NCBI GenBank assembly: GCA_030390025.1
Contig: CM059431.1
Span: forward strand, 114,206,001 to 114,270,000
DNA: 64,000 bases
Reading direction: 5' to 3'
From: Squalus acanthias
Taxonomy: Eukaryota
The position numbers and the translations under genes were made by a program. Each line of letters starts with the position of its first letter. Position 1 is the first letter of the stretch. Shown one piece after another: positions 42,523 through 56,421 of the stretch. A model generated the notes under the pieces. It did no database searches, had not been told where the DNA came from, and saw only the letters and a program-made list of their open reading frames with translations.

Positions 42523-45500
42523 CAGGTACCTGTAATGTACAGGCATTGAGTCCAGGTACCTGTAATGTACAGGCATTGAGTGCAGGTACCTCTAATGTAC
42601 AGGCATTGAGAGCAGGTAACTTTAATTAACAGGCATTGAGTGCAGGTACCTGTAATGTACAGTCATTGACTGCAGATACCTGTAAAATACAGGCATTGAT
42701 TGCAGATAACTTTAATTACCAGGCATTCAGTGCAGGTATCTGTAATGTAAAGGCATTGAGTGCAGGTACCTGTAATTTACAGGCATTCAGTGCAGATAAC
42801 TGTAATGTACAGGCATTGAGAGCTGCTACCTGAAATGTACAGGCATTTAGTGCAAGTAACTGTGAAGTACAGGCATCAAGTGAAGGTACCTCTAATTTCA
42901 AGCCTTGAGTGCAGGTACCTGTAATTTACAGGCATTGAATGCAGGGACATGCATTATACAGGCATTAATTGCAGGTAGCTGTAATATACAGGCATTGAGT
43001 GCAGGTACATGTAATATACAGGAATTGCACAGAGATGCCTGTAATAGACTGGCATTGAGCGCATATACCTGTAATATACAGGCATTAAGTGCAGGTATTT
43101 GTAATATACAGGCATTGAAAGCAGGTAACTGTAATGTACATGCATTGAGTGCAGGTAATTGTAATGTACAGGCATTAAGTGCAGGTACCGGTAATATACA
43201 GGCATTCAGTACAAATAACTAATATACCGGCATTGAGTGCAGGTACCTGTAATGCATAGGCATTGACTGCAGGTAACTGTAATTAACGGACATTGAGTGC
43301 AGATAACTGTAATCTACGGGCATTGAGTGCAGGTACCTGTATTGAACAGGCATTGAATGCAGGTACCTGTACTGTACAGGCGTTGAGTGCAGGTACCTGT
43401 AATATACAGGCATTGAGTGCACAAAAATGTAATATACATGTATTGAGTGTTGGTAACTGTAACCTAAATCATTGAGTGCAGGTATCTGAAATATACACAC
43501 ATTGAGTGCAGGTGCATGTAATGTACATTCAATGAGTGCAAGTACCTGTAATATACAGGCATTGAGTGCAGGTACTTGTAATGTATCGACATTGAGTGCA
43601 ATTAACTGTAATGTACAGGCATTGAGTGCAAGTAACTGAAATATACAGGCATTGAATGCAGGTACCTGTAATGTACAGGCATTGAGTGCAGGTACCTGTA
43701 ATATACAGGGATTGAGTGGAGGTATCTTTAATATACACGCATTGAGTGCAGGTAAATATAATGTACAGGCATTGATCGGAGGTCACTGTAATGCACCGGC
43801 ATTGAGTGCATGTACCTGTAATATACAGGGATTGAGTGCAGGTACCTGTAATGTACAGGCATTGAGTGCAGGGACCTGCAATGTACAGGCATTGATTGCA
43901 GGTAACATTAATTAACAGGCATTGAGTGCAAGTACCTGTAATATGCAGGCATTGAGTGCAGGTACCTGTAATGTAGTGGCATTTAGTTTAGGGACTTGTA
44001 ATGTACTGGCATTGAATGCAGGTGCCAGTAATGTATAGGCAGTAAATGCAGGTGTCAGTAATATATAGTCACTGAATGCAGGTACCTCTAGTGTACAGGC
44101 AATGACAGCAGGTACCTGTACTGTACAGGCATTGAGTGCAGATAACGGTAATATAGAGGCATTGAGTGCTGGTACCTGTAACATGCAGGCATTGAGTTCA
44201 GGTACCTGTAATGTACAGGTATTGAGCTCAGGTAACTGTATTGTACAGGCGTTGAGTGCAGATAACGGTAATATAAAGGAATTGAGTGCTGGTACCTGTA
44301 ACATGCAGGCATTGAGTGCAGGTACCTGTAATGTGCAGGCATTGATGCAAGTACCTGTAATATGCAAGAATTGAGTGCAGGTACCTGTAATGTAGTGGCA
44401 TTGAGTGAAGGGACTTGTAATATACAGGCATTGAGTGCAGGTTTCAGTAATGTATAGTCACTGAATACAGGTACCTCTAGTGTACAGGCATTGACTGCAG
44501 GTACCTGTAATGTACAGACATTGAGTGCAGGTAACCGTATTGTACAGGCGTTGAGCGCAGGTACCTGTAATGTACAGGCATTGAGTGCAAGTACCTGTAA
44601 TATACAGGCATTTACTGCAGGTACCTGTAATGTACAGGCATTGCTTGCAGGTACCTGTAATATACAGGCACTGAGTGCAGGTACAGGTAATATACTGGCA
44701 TTGAGTGCAGGTAACTGTAATGTAGAGGCATTGAGTGCAGGTACCTGTAACATGCAGGGATTGAGTTCAGGTACCTGTAATGTACAGGCATTGAGTGCAA
44801 GTACCTGTAATATACAGGCATTTACTGCAGGTACCTGTAATGTACAGGCATTGATTGCAGGTACCTGTAATATACAGGCACTGAGTGCAGGTACATGTAA
44901 TATACTGGCATTGAGTGCAGGTAACTGTAATGTACAGGCATTGATTGCAGGTATCTGTAACTTACAGGAATTGAGTGCAGGTACTTGTAATATACAGGCA
45001 CTGAGTGCAGGGACATGTAATGTACAGGCATTGAGTGCAGGTACCTGTAATGTAGTGGCATTTAGTGCAGGGACTTGTAATGTACCAGCATTGAATGCAG
45101 GTGCCAGTAATGTATAGGCAGTGAGTGCAGGTGTCAGTAATATATAGTCACTGAATGCAGGTACCTCTAGTGTACAGGCATTTACTGCAGGTACCTGTAC
45201 TGTACAGGCATTGAGTGCAGATAACGGTAATATAGAGGCATTGAGTGCTGGTACCTGTAACATGCAGGGATTGAGTTCAGGTACCTGTAATGTACAGGCA
45301 TTGAGTGCAAGTACCTGTAATATGCAGGCATTGAGTGCAGGTACCTGTAATGTAGTGGCATTGAGTGAAGGGTCTTGTACTGTACCAGCATTAAGTGCAG
45401 GTGCCAGTAATGTATAGGCAGTGAATGCAGGTACCTGTATTGTACAGGCATTGAGTGCAGGTGTCAGTAATATATAGTCACTGAATGCAGGTACCTCTAG

Positions 45501-48148
45501 TGTACAGGCATTGACAGCAGGTACCTGTAATGTACAGGCATTGAGTGCAGATAACGGTAATATAGAGGCATTGAGTGCTGGTACCTGTAACATGCAGGGA
45601 TTGAGTTCAGGTACCTGTAATGTACAGGCATTGAGTGCAGGTAACTGTTATATACAGGCATTGAGTGCAGGTACATGTAATGTACATACATTGAGAGCAG
45701 GTAACTTTAATTAACAGGCATTGGGTGCAGGTACCTGTAATGTACAGGCATTGAGTGCAGGTACCTGTAATGCACAGGCATTGACTGCAGGTACCTGTAA
45801 TGTACAGGCATTGAGTGCCGGTACCTGTAATGCACAGGCATTGACTGCAGGTACCTGTAATGTACAGGCATTGAGCGCATATACCTGTAATATACAGGCA
45901 TTAAGTGCAGGTACCTGTAATGCACAGGCATTGGGTGTATTTACCTATAATATAGAGTCATTGGGTGTAGGTACCTTTAATTTACAGGCATTGAATGCAG
46001 GTACCTGTAATGTAGTGGCATTGAGTGCCGGTACCTATAATGTACAGGCATTCAGTGCAGATAACTGTAACACACAGGCATTGAGTGCAGGTATCTGTAA
46101 TTTACAGGCCTTGACTACAAGTACATGTAATATACAAGCATCAAGTGCAGGTTCCTCTAATTTCAAGAATTGAGTGCAGGTAACTGCAATTTACAGACAT
46201 TGAATGCAGGTACATGCATTATACAGGAATTGATTGCAGGTATCTGTAATGTACAGGCATTGAGTGCAGGTACCTGTAATGTACAGGCATTGAGTCCAGG
46301 TACCTGTAATGTACAGGCATTCAGTGCAGATAACTGTAATGTACAGGCATTGAGAGCAGGTAATTTAATTAACAGGCATTCAGTGCAGGTACCTCTAATG
46401 TACAGACATTGAGTGCAGGTACCTGTAATGTACAGGCATTCAGTGCAGATAACTGTAATGTACAGGCATTGAGCGCTGCTACCTGAAATGTACAGTCATT
46501 GAGTGAAAGTAACTGTGAAGTACAGCCATCAAATGAAGGTACCTCGAATTTCAAGCCTTGAGTGCAGGTACCTGTAATGTACAGGCATTGAATGCAGGGA
46601 CATGCATTATACAGGCATTAATTGCAGGTAGCTGTAATGTACAGGCATTGGGAGCAGCTAGTGTAATGTATGGGCATTGATTGCAGGTACCTGTAAAATA
46701 AAGGCACTGATTGCAGGTAACTTTAATTAACAGGCATTGAGTGCAGGTACCTGTAATGTACAGGCATTGAGTGCAGGTAACTGTAATGTACAGGCATTGA
46801 GTGCAGGTAACTGTTATATACAGGCATTGAGTGCAGGTACATGTAATGTACAGGCATTGAGAGCAGGTAACTTTAATTAACAGGCATTGAGTGCAGGTAC
46901 CTGTAATGTACAGGCATTGAGTGCTGGTACCTGTAATGCAAAGGCATTGAGTGTAGGTACCTATAATGTACAGGCATTGAGTGCTGTTAACTGTAATGTA
47001 CAGGCATTGAGTGCTGCTACCTGTAACGTACAGAAATTGAGTGCAGTTACCTGTAATATACAGGGATTGGGTGCAGGTACCTGTAATTTACAGGCATTGA
47101 GTGCAGGTTCCAGTGTTTTACAGGCATTGAGTGCACATTCCTGTAATGTACAGGCATTGAGTGAAGATAACTCTAATTAACAGGTATTGAGTGCAGATCC
47201 CTGTAGTCTACAGGCATTGAGTGCAGGTACCTGTAATGTACAGGCATTGAGTGCAGGCACCTATATTGTACAGGCATTCAGTGCAGATAAATGTAATGCA
47301 CAGGCATTGAGTGCAGGTACCTGTAATGTACAGGCCTTGACTACAAGTACATGTAATATACAGGCATCAAGTGCAGGTTCCTCTAATTTCAAGAATTGAG
47401 AGCAGGTCCCTGCAATTTACAGACATTGAATGCAGGTACATGCATTATACAGGCATTGATTGCAGCTATCTGTAATATACAGGCATTGAGTGCAGGTAGC
47501 TGTAATATACAGGCATTGAGTGCAGGTACCTGTAATATACAGGGATTGCGCACAGATGCCTGTAATGGACTGGCATTGAGCACATATACCTGTAATATAC
47601 AGGCATTAACTGCAGGTATTTTTAATATACAGGCATTGACAGCAGGTACCTGTAATGTACAGGCATTAAGTGTAGCTACCTGTAATGTGCAGGCATTGAG
47701 TTCGGGTACCGTTAATGTACAGGCATTCAGTGCAAATAACTGTGAAGTACAGGCATCAAGTGCAAGTATCTCTAATTTCAAGCCTTGAGTGCAGGTACCT
47801 GTAATTTACAGGCATTGAATGCAGGGACATGCATTATACAGGCATTAATTGCAGGTACCTGTAATATACAGGCATTGAGTGCAGGTAACTATTATATACA
47901 GGCATTAAGTGCAGTTACATGTAATGTACAGGCATTGAGTGCAGATAACTGTAATGTACAAACATTGAGAGCAGGTACCTGTAATGTCGAGGCATTGAGT
48001 GCTGGTACCTGTAATGTACATGCATTGAGTCCAGGTACCTGTAATGTACAGGCATTGAGTGCAGGTACCTCTAATGTACAGGCATTGAGAGCAGGTAACT
48101 TTAATTAACAGGCATTGAGTGCAGGTACCTGTAATGTACAGGCATTGA
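42523..48148 (+). repeat. HOR copy 5 (full length)
   Basis: The 501-aa ORF at 44088 matches the one at 23911. Identity to the unit ends at about 48148. Confidence 0.92.
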
Positions 48149-50922
48149 CTGCAGATACCTGTAAAATACAGGCATTGATTGCAGATAACTTTAATTAACA
48201 GGCATTCAGTGCAGGTATCTGTAATGTAAAGGCATTGAGTGCAGGTACCTGTAATGTACAGGCATTCAGTGCAGATAACTGTAATGTATAGGCATTGAGC
48301 GCTGCTACCTGAAATGTACAGGCATTGGGTGCAAGTAACTGTGAAGTACAGGCATCAAGTGAAGGTACCTCTAATTTCAAGCCTTGAGTGCAGGTACCTG
48401 TAATTTACAGGCATTGAATGCAGGGACATGCATTATACAGGCATTAATTGCAGGTAGCTGTAATATACAGGCATTGAGTACAGGTACATGTAATATACAG
48501 GGATTGCACAGAGATGCCTGTAATAGACTGGCATTGAGTGCATATACCTGTAATATACAGGCATTAAGTGCAGGTATTTGTAATATACAGGCATTGAAAG
48601 CAGGTAACTGTAATGTACATGCATTGAGTGCAGGTAATTGTAATGTACAGGCATTAAGTGCAGGTACCTGTAATGTACAGACATTGACTGCAGATACCTG
48701 TAAAATACAGGCATTGATTGCAGATATCTTTAATTAGCAGGGATTGAGTGCAGGTACCTGTAATCTACAGGCATTGAGTGCAGGTACCTGTAATGTACAG
48801 GCATTCATTGCAGATAACTTTAATGTACAGGCATTGAGCGCTGCTACCTGAAATGTACAGGCATTGTGTGCAAGTAACTGCGAAGTACAGTCATCAAGTG
48901 CAAGTACCTCTAATTTCAAGCCTTGAGTGCAGGTACCTGTAATCTACAGGCATTGATTGCAGGTACCTGTAATGTACAGCCATTAATTGCAGGTACCTGT
49001 AATATACAGTCATTGAGTGCAGGTAACTGTTATATACAGGCATTAAGTGCAGGTACATGTAATGTACAGGCATTGAGTGCAGATAACTGTAATGTACAGG
49101 CATTGAGTGCAGGTTCCTGTAATGTACAGGCATTGACTGCAGGTACCTGTAATGTACAGGCATTGAGTCCAGGTACCTGTAATGTACAGGCATTGAGTGC
49201 AGGTACCTCTAATGCACAGGCATTGAGAGCAGGTAACTTTAATTAACAGGCATTGAGTGCAGGTACCTGTACTGTACAGGCATTGACTGCAGATACCTGT
49301 AAAATACAGGCATTGATTGCAGATAACTTTAATTAACAGGCATTCAGTGCAGGTATCTGTAATGTAAAGGCATTGAGTGCAGGTACCTGTAATATACAGG
49401 CATTCAGTGCAGATAACTGTAATGTACAGGCATTGAGCGCTGCTACCTGAAATGTACAGGCATTGAGTGCAAGTACCTCTAATTTCAAGCCTTGAGTGCA
49501 GGTACCTGTAATTTACAGGCATTGAATGCAGGGACATGCATTATACAGGCATTAATTGCAGGTAGCTGTAATATACAGGCATTGAGTGCAGGTACATGTA
49601 ATATACAGGGATTGCACAGAGATGCCTGTAATAGACTGGCATTGAGCGCATATACCTGTAATATACAGGCATTAAGTGCAGATATTTGTAATATACAGGC
49701 ATTGAAAGCAGGTAACTGTAATGTACATGCATTGAGTGCAGGTACTTGTAATGTACAGGCATTAAGTGCAGGTACCTGTAATGTACAGGCATTGAGAGCG
49801 GGTACCGGTAATGTACAGGCATTCAGTACAAATAACTGTAATACACCGGCATTGAGTGCAGGTACCTGTAATATACAGGCATTGACTGCAGGTAACTGTA
49901 ATTAACGGACATTGAGTGCAGATAACTGTAATCTACGGACATTGAGTGCAGGTAATGTATTGAACAGGCATTGAATGCAGGTACCTGTAATTCACTGGCT
50001 TTAAGTGCAGGTACATGTAATGTACAGGCGTTGAGTGCAGGGACCTGTAATATACAGGCATTGAGTGCACATAAATGTAATATACATGTATTGAGTGTTG
50101 GTAACTGTAACCTAAATCATTGAGTGCAGGTATCTGTAATATGCACACATTGAATGCAGGTACATGTAATGTACATTCAATGAGTGCAGGTACCTGTGAT
50201 ATACAGGCATTGAGTGCAGGTACTTGTAATGTATCGACATTGACTGCAATTAACTGTAATGTACAGGCATTGAGTGCAGGTAACTGAAATATACAGGCAT
50301 TGATTGCAGGTAACATTAATTAACAGGCATTGAGTGCAGGTACCTGTAATGTACAGGCATTGAGTGCAGGTACCTGTAATGTACAGGCATTGAGTGCAGG
50401 TACCTGTATTGTACAGGCATTGAGTGCAGCTCCCTGTAATATACAGGCATTGAGTGCTGATAACTGTAATGTACAGGCATTGAGTGCTTCTACCTGTAAT
50501 GTACAGCATTGAGTGCAGGTACCTGTAATATACAGGCATTGGGTACAGGTCCTGTAATTTACAGGCATTGAGTGCAGGTACCTGTGTTTTACAAGCACTG
50601 AGTGCATATATCTGTAGTCTACAGGCATTGAGTGCAGGTAATGGTAATTAACAGGCATTGAGAGCAGATACCTGTAATATGCAGGCCTTGAGTGCAGGTA
50701 ACTGTAATGTACAAGCATTGAGTGCAGTTATCTGTTATATACAGGCTTTGAGTGCAGGTAACTGTAATGTACAGGCATTGAGTGCAGTTAACTGTTATAT
50801 ACAGGCATTGCGTGCAGGTACCTGTAATGTACAGGCATTGAGAGCAGGTAACTTTAATTAACAGGCATTGGATGCAGGTAATGTAATCTATAGGCATTGA
50901 TTGCAGGTACCTGTAAAATAAT

Positions 50923-53900
50923 GGCATTGATTGCAGGTAACTTTAATTAACAGGCATTGAGTGCAGGTACCTGTAATGTACAAGCATTGAGTGCAGGTAC
51001 TTGTAATATACAGGCATTGAGTGTAGCTACCTGTAATGTATAGGTATTGAGTACAGGTAACCGTAATATACAGGCATTGAGTGCAGGTACCTGTAATTTC
51101 AGGCATTGAGTGCAGGTACATGTTTATTCAGGCATTAGGTGCAGGTAACTGTAATATACAGTTATTGAGTGCAGGTAGCTGTAAAATATATGCATTGAGC
51201 ACAGCTCCTGTAATATACAGGCATTGATAGCATTTACCTTTAAATTACAGGCATTGAGTGCAGATATCTGTAATATACAGGCATAGATTACAGCAACTTG
51301 TAATGTACAGGCATTGAGTACAGCAACCTGTAATCTACAGGCATTGAGTGCAGGTATTTGTACTGTACAGGCATTGAGTGCAGGTACCAATAATGTACAG
51401 GCATGGAGTGCAGGAAGCTGCAATGCACAGGCATTGAGTGCAGGTACCTGTAATGTACAGGCATTGAGAGCTGATAACCGTAACATACAGGCATTGATTG
51501 TAGGTACCTGTAATCTACAGACATTGAGTGCAGGTACCTGTATTGTGCAGGAATTGAGTGCAGGTAGCTGTATTGTGCAGGCATTGTTTGCAGGTACCTG
51601 TAATGTACAGGCATTGACTAGAGGTACCTGTCATGTATAGTCGTTGAGTGCAGATAACTGTAATATACATGCATTGATTGCTGGTACCGGTAACGGGCAG
51701 GCATTGAGTGCAGGTAATTGTAATGTACAGGCATTGAGTATTGGTACCTGTAATTTACAGGCATTGACTACAGGTGTCAGTAATGTATAGGCACTGAATA
51801 CAGGTACCTGTATTGTAGAGGCATTGACTGCATGTACCAGTACTTTACAGACATTGAGTGCAGATAACTGTCATATACAGTCATTGAGTGCTGGTACCTG
51901 TAAAGTGCCAGCATTGAGTGCAGATAAATGTAATATACAGGCACTGAGTGCAGGTACCTTTAATGAACAGGCATATAGTTCAGGTACGTGTAATATAGAG
52001 GCATTGAGTGCAGCTAGCTGTAATATCCAGGCATTGAGTGCAGGTACCATTAATATACAGGGTTTGAGTGCAGGTACCTGTAATTTATAGGCATTGAGTG
52101 CAGGGAACTGTAATGTACAGGCATTGAGTGCAGGTACTTTTAATTACAGGCATTGATTGCAGGTACCTGTAATGTAAATGCATTGAGTGCAGGTACCTGT
52201 AATATACAGGCATTGATTGCAGGTACCTATAATGTATAGGCATTGAATGCAGGTACATGCATTATACAGGCATTGATTGGAGGCACCAGTAATATACAGG
52301 CATTGATTGGAGGCACCAGTAATATACAGGCATTGAGTGCTGGTACCTGTAACATGCAGTCATTGAGTTCAGGTACCTGTAATGTAGAGGCATTGATTGC
52401 AGGTAACTGTACTGTAGAGGCATTGATTGCAGGTACCTGTAATTTACAGGTATTGAGTGCTGGTACCTGTAATGTACAGGCATTGAGTGCAGGTACCAGC
52501 AATTTACATGGATTGAGTGCAGGTACCTGTATTATTCAGGCATTGATTGCATATAGCTGTAATATACAGGCATTGAGCACAGTTGCCTGTAATATACAGG
52601 TGTTGGATGCAATTACCTGTAATGTACAGGCATTTAGCGCAGGTAACTGTAATTTACAGGAATTGAGTGCAGGTACCTGTAATGTACAGGCATTGGGTGC
52701 AGGTAACTGTAATGTAGAGGCATTGATTGCAGGTGCCAGTAATGTATAGGCAGTGAATGCAGGTGCCAGTAATATATAGTCACTGAATGCAGGTACCTGT
52801 ACTGTACAGTCATTGAGTGCAGATAATGGTAATATAGAGGCATTGAGTGCTGGTACCTGTAACATGCAGGGATTGAGTTCAGGAACCTGTAATGTACAGA
52901 CATTGAGTGCAGGAAACTGTATTGTACAGGCGTTGAGTGCAGATACCTGTAATATACAGGCATTTACTGCAGGTACCTGTAATTTACAGGCATTGATAGC
53001 AGGTACCTGTAATTTACAGGCATTGATAGCAGGTACCTGTAATATACAGGCACTGAGTGCAGGTACATGTAATATACTGGCATTGAGTGCAGGTAACTGT
53101 AATGTAGAGACATTGATTGCTGGTACCTGTAACTTACAGGAATTGAGTGCAGGTACCTGCAATTTACAGGGATTGAGTGCAGGTACCTGTATTATTCAGG
53201 CATTGATTGCAGGTACCTGTAATATACAGGCACTGAGTGCAGATAACGGTAATGTAGAGGCATTGAGTGCAGGTAACTGTAACATGCAGGGATTGAGTTC
53301 AGGTACCTGTAATGTACAGGCATTGAGTGCAAGTACCTGTAATATACAGGCAATTACTACAGCTACCTGTAATGTACAGGCATTGATTGCAGGTACCTGT
53401 ATTATTCAGGCATTGATTGCAGGTACCTGTAATTTATAAGCATTGAGTGCAGGTACCTGTAATATACAGGTATTGAGCACAGTTGCCTGTAATATACAGG
53501 CATTGGATGCAATTACCTGTAATGTACAGGCATTAAGCACAGGTAACTGTAATGTAGAGGCATTGATTGCAGGTACCTGCAATTTACAGGAATTGAGTGC
53601 AGGTACCTGTAATGTACAGGCATTGAGTGCAGGTACTTGTAATGTATCGACATTGACTGCAATTAACTGTAATGTACAGGCATTGAGTGCAGGTAACTGA
53701 AATATACAGGCATTGATTGCAGGTAACTTTAATTAACAGGCATTGAGTGCAGGTACCTGTAATGTACAAGCATTGAGTGCAGGTACTTGTAATATACAGG
53801 CATTGAGTGTAGCTACCTGTAATGTATAGGTATTGAGTACAGGTAACCGTAATATACAGGCATTGAGTGCAGGTACCTGTAATTTCAGGCATTGAGTGCA

Positions 53901-56421
53901 GGTACATGTTTATTCAGGCATTAGGTGCAGGTAACTGTAATATACAGTTATTGAGTGCAGGTAGCTGTAAAATATATGCATTGAGCACAGCTCCTGTAAT
54001 ATACAGGCATTGATAGCATTTACCTTTAAATTACAGGCATTGAGTGCAGATATCTGTAATATACAGGCATAGATTACAGCAACTTGTAATGTACAGGCAT
54101 TGAGTACAGCAACCTGTAATCTACAGGCATTGAGTGCAGGTATTTGTACTGTACAGGCATTGAGTGCAGGTACCAATAATGTACAGGCATGGAGTGCAGG
54201 AAGCTGCAATGCACAGGCATTGAGTGCAGGTACCTGTAATGTACAGGCATTGAGAGCTGATAACCGTAACATACAGGCATTGATTGTAGGTACCTGTAAT
54301 CTACAGACATTGAGTGCAGGTACCTGTATTGTGCAGGAATTGAGTGCAGGTAGCTGTATTGTGCAGGCATTGTTTGCAGGTACCTGTAATGTACAGGCAT
54401 TGACTAGAGGTACCTGTCATGTATAGTCGTTGAGTGCAGATAACTGTAATATACATGCATTGATTGCTGGTACCGGTAACGGGCAGGCATTGAGTGCAGG
54501 TAATTGTAATGTACAGGCATTGAGTATTGGTACCTGTAATTTACAGGCATTGACTACAGGTGTCAGTAATGTATAGGCACTGAATACAGGTACCTGTATT
54601 GTAGAGGCATTGACTGCATGTACCAGTACTTTACAGACATTGAGTGCAGATAACTGTCATATACAGTCATTGAGTGCTGGTACCTGTAAAGTGCCAGCAT
54701 TGAGTGCAGATAAATGTAATATACAGGCACTGAGTGCAGGTACCTTTAATGAACAGGCATATAGTTCAGGTACGTGTAATATAGAGGCATTGAGTGCAGC
54801 TAGCTGTAATATCCAGGCATTGAGTGCAGGTACCATTAATATACAGGGTTTGAGTGCAGGTACCTGTAATTTATAGGCATTGAGTGCAGGGAACTGTAAT
54901 GTACAGGCATTGAGTGCAGGTACTTTTAATTACAGGCATTGATTGCAGGTACCTGTAATGTAAATGCATTGAGTGCAGGTACCTGTAATATACAGGCATT
55001 GATTGCAGGTACCTATAATGTATAGGCATTGAATGCAGGTACATGCATTATACAGGCATTGATTGGAGGCACCAGTAATATACAGGCATTGATTGGAGGC
55101 ACCAGTAATATACAGGCATTGAGTGCTGGTACCTGTAACATGCAGTCATTGAGTTCAGGTACCTGTAATGTAGAGGCATTGATTGCAGGTAACTGTACTG
55201 TAGAGGCATTGATTGCAGGTACCTGTAATTTACAGGTATTGAGTGCTGGTACCTGTAATGTACAGGCATTGAGTGCAGGTACCAGCAATTTACATGGATT
55301 GAGTGCAGGTACCTGTATTATTCAGGCATTGATTGCATATAGCTGTAATATACAGGCATTGAGCACAGTTGCCTGTAATATACAGGTGTTGGATGCAATT
55401 ACCTGTAATGTACAGGCATTTAGCGCAGGTAACTGTAATTTACAGGAATTGAGTGCAGGTACCTGTAATGTACAGGCATTGGGTGCAGGTAACTGTAATG
55501 TAGAGGCATTGATTGCAGGTGCCAGTAATGTATAGGCAGTGAATGCAGGTGCCAGTAATATATAGTCACTGAATGCAGGTACCTGTACTGTACAGTCATT
55601 GAGTGCAGATAATGGTAATATAGAGGCATTGAGTGCTGGTACCTGTAACATGCAGGGATTGAGTTCAGGAACCTGTAATGTACAGACATTGAGTGCAGGA
55701 AACTGTATTGTACAGGCGTTGAGTGCAGATACCTGTAATATACAGGCATTTACTGCAGGTACCTGTAATTTACAGGCATTGATAGCAGGTACCTGTAATT
55801 TACAGGCATTGATAGCAGGTACCTGTAATATACAGGCACTGAGTGCAGGTACATGTAATATACTGGCATTGAGTGCAGGTAACTGTAATGTAGAGACATT
55901 GATTGCTGGTACCTGTAACTTACAGGAATTGAGTGCAGGTACCTGCAATTTACAGGGATTGAGTGCAGGTACCTGTATTATTCAGGCATTGATTGCAGGT
56001 ACCTGTAATATACAGGCACTGAGTGCAGATAACGGTAATGTAGAGGCATTGAGTGCAGGTAACTGTAACATGCAGGGATTGAGTTCAGGTACCTGTAATG
56101 TACAGGCATTGAGTGCAAGTACCTGTAATATACAGGCAATTACTACAGCTACCTGTAATGTACAGGCATTGATTGCAGGTACCTGTATTATTCAGGCATT
56201 GATTGCAGGTACCTGTAATTTATAAGCATTGAGTGCAGGTACCTGTAATATACAGGTATTGAGCACAGTTGCCTGTAATATACAGGCATTGGATGCAATT
56301 ACCTGTAATGTACAGGCATTAAGCACAGGTAACTGTAATGTAGAGGCATTGATTGCAGGTACCTGCAATTTACAGGAATTGAGTGCAGGTACCTGTAATG
56401 TACAGGCATTGAGTGCAGGTA
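50923..56421 (+). repeat. Tandem duplication, period 2,786 bp (50923-53635 and 53709-56421)
   Basis: Identical ORFs at constant offset 2786 (51124/53910, 51824/54610, 52243/55029, 52813/55599). Confidence 0.93.

Larger units (their letters stand above)
22346..48148 (+). repeat. Higher-order repeat array: 5 near-identical tandem copies of a 5,599-bp (about 187-monomer) unit
   Basis: Rare markers recur at matching offsets: GCACAAAAATG at 23242/28841/34379/39738/43419 and GAGCTC at 24047/29646/35184/40543/44224. Identical ORFs in the track recur at 27608/33146/38505/42186/47785. Spacings are 5599, 5538, 5359, 3681 and 5599. Confidence 0.96.
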
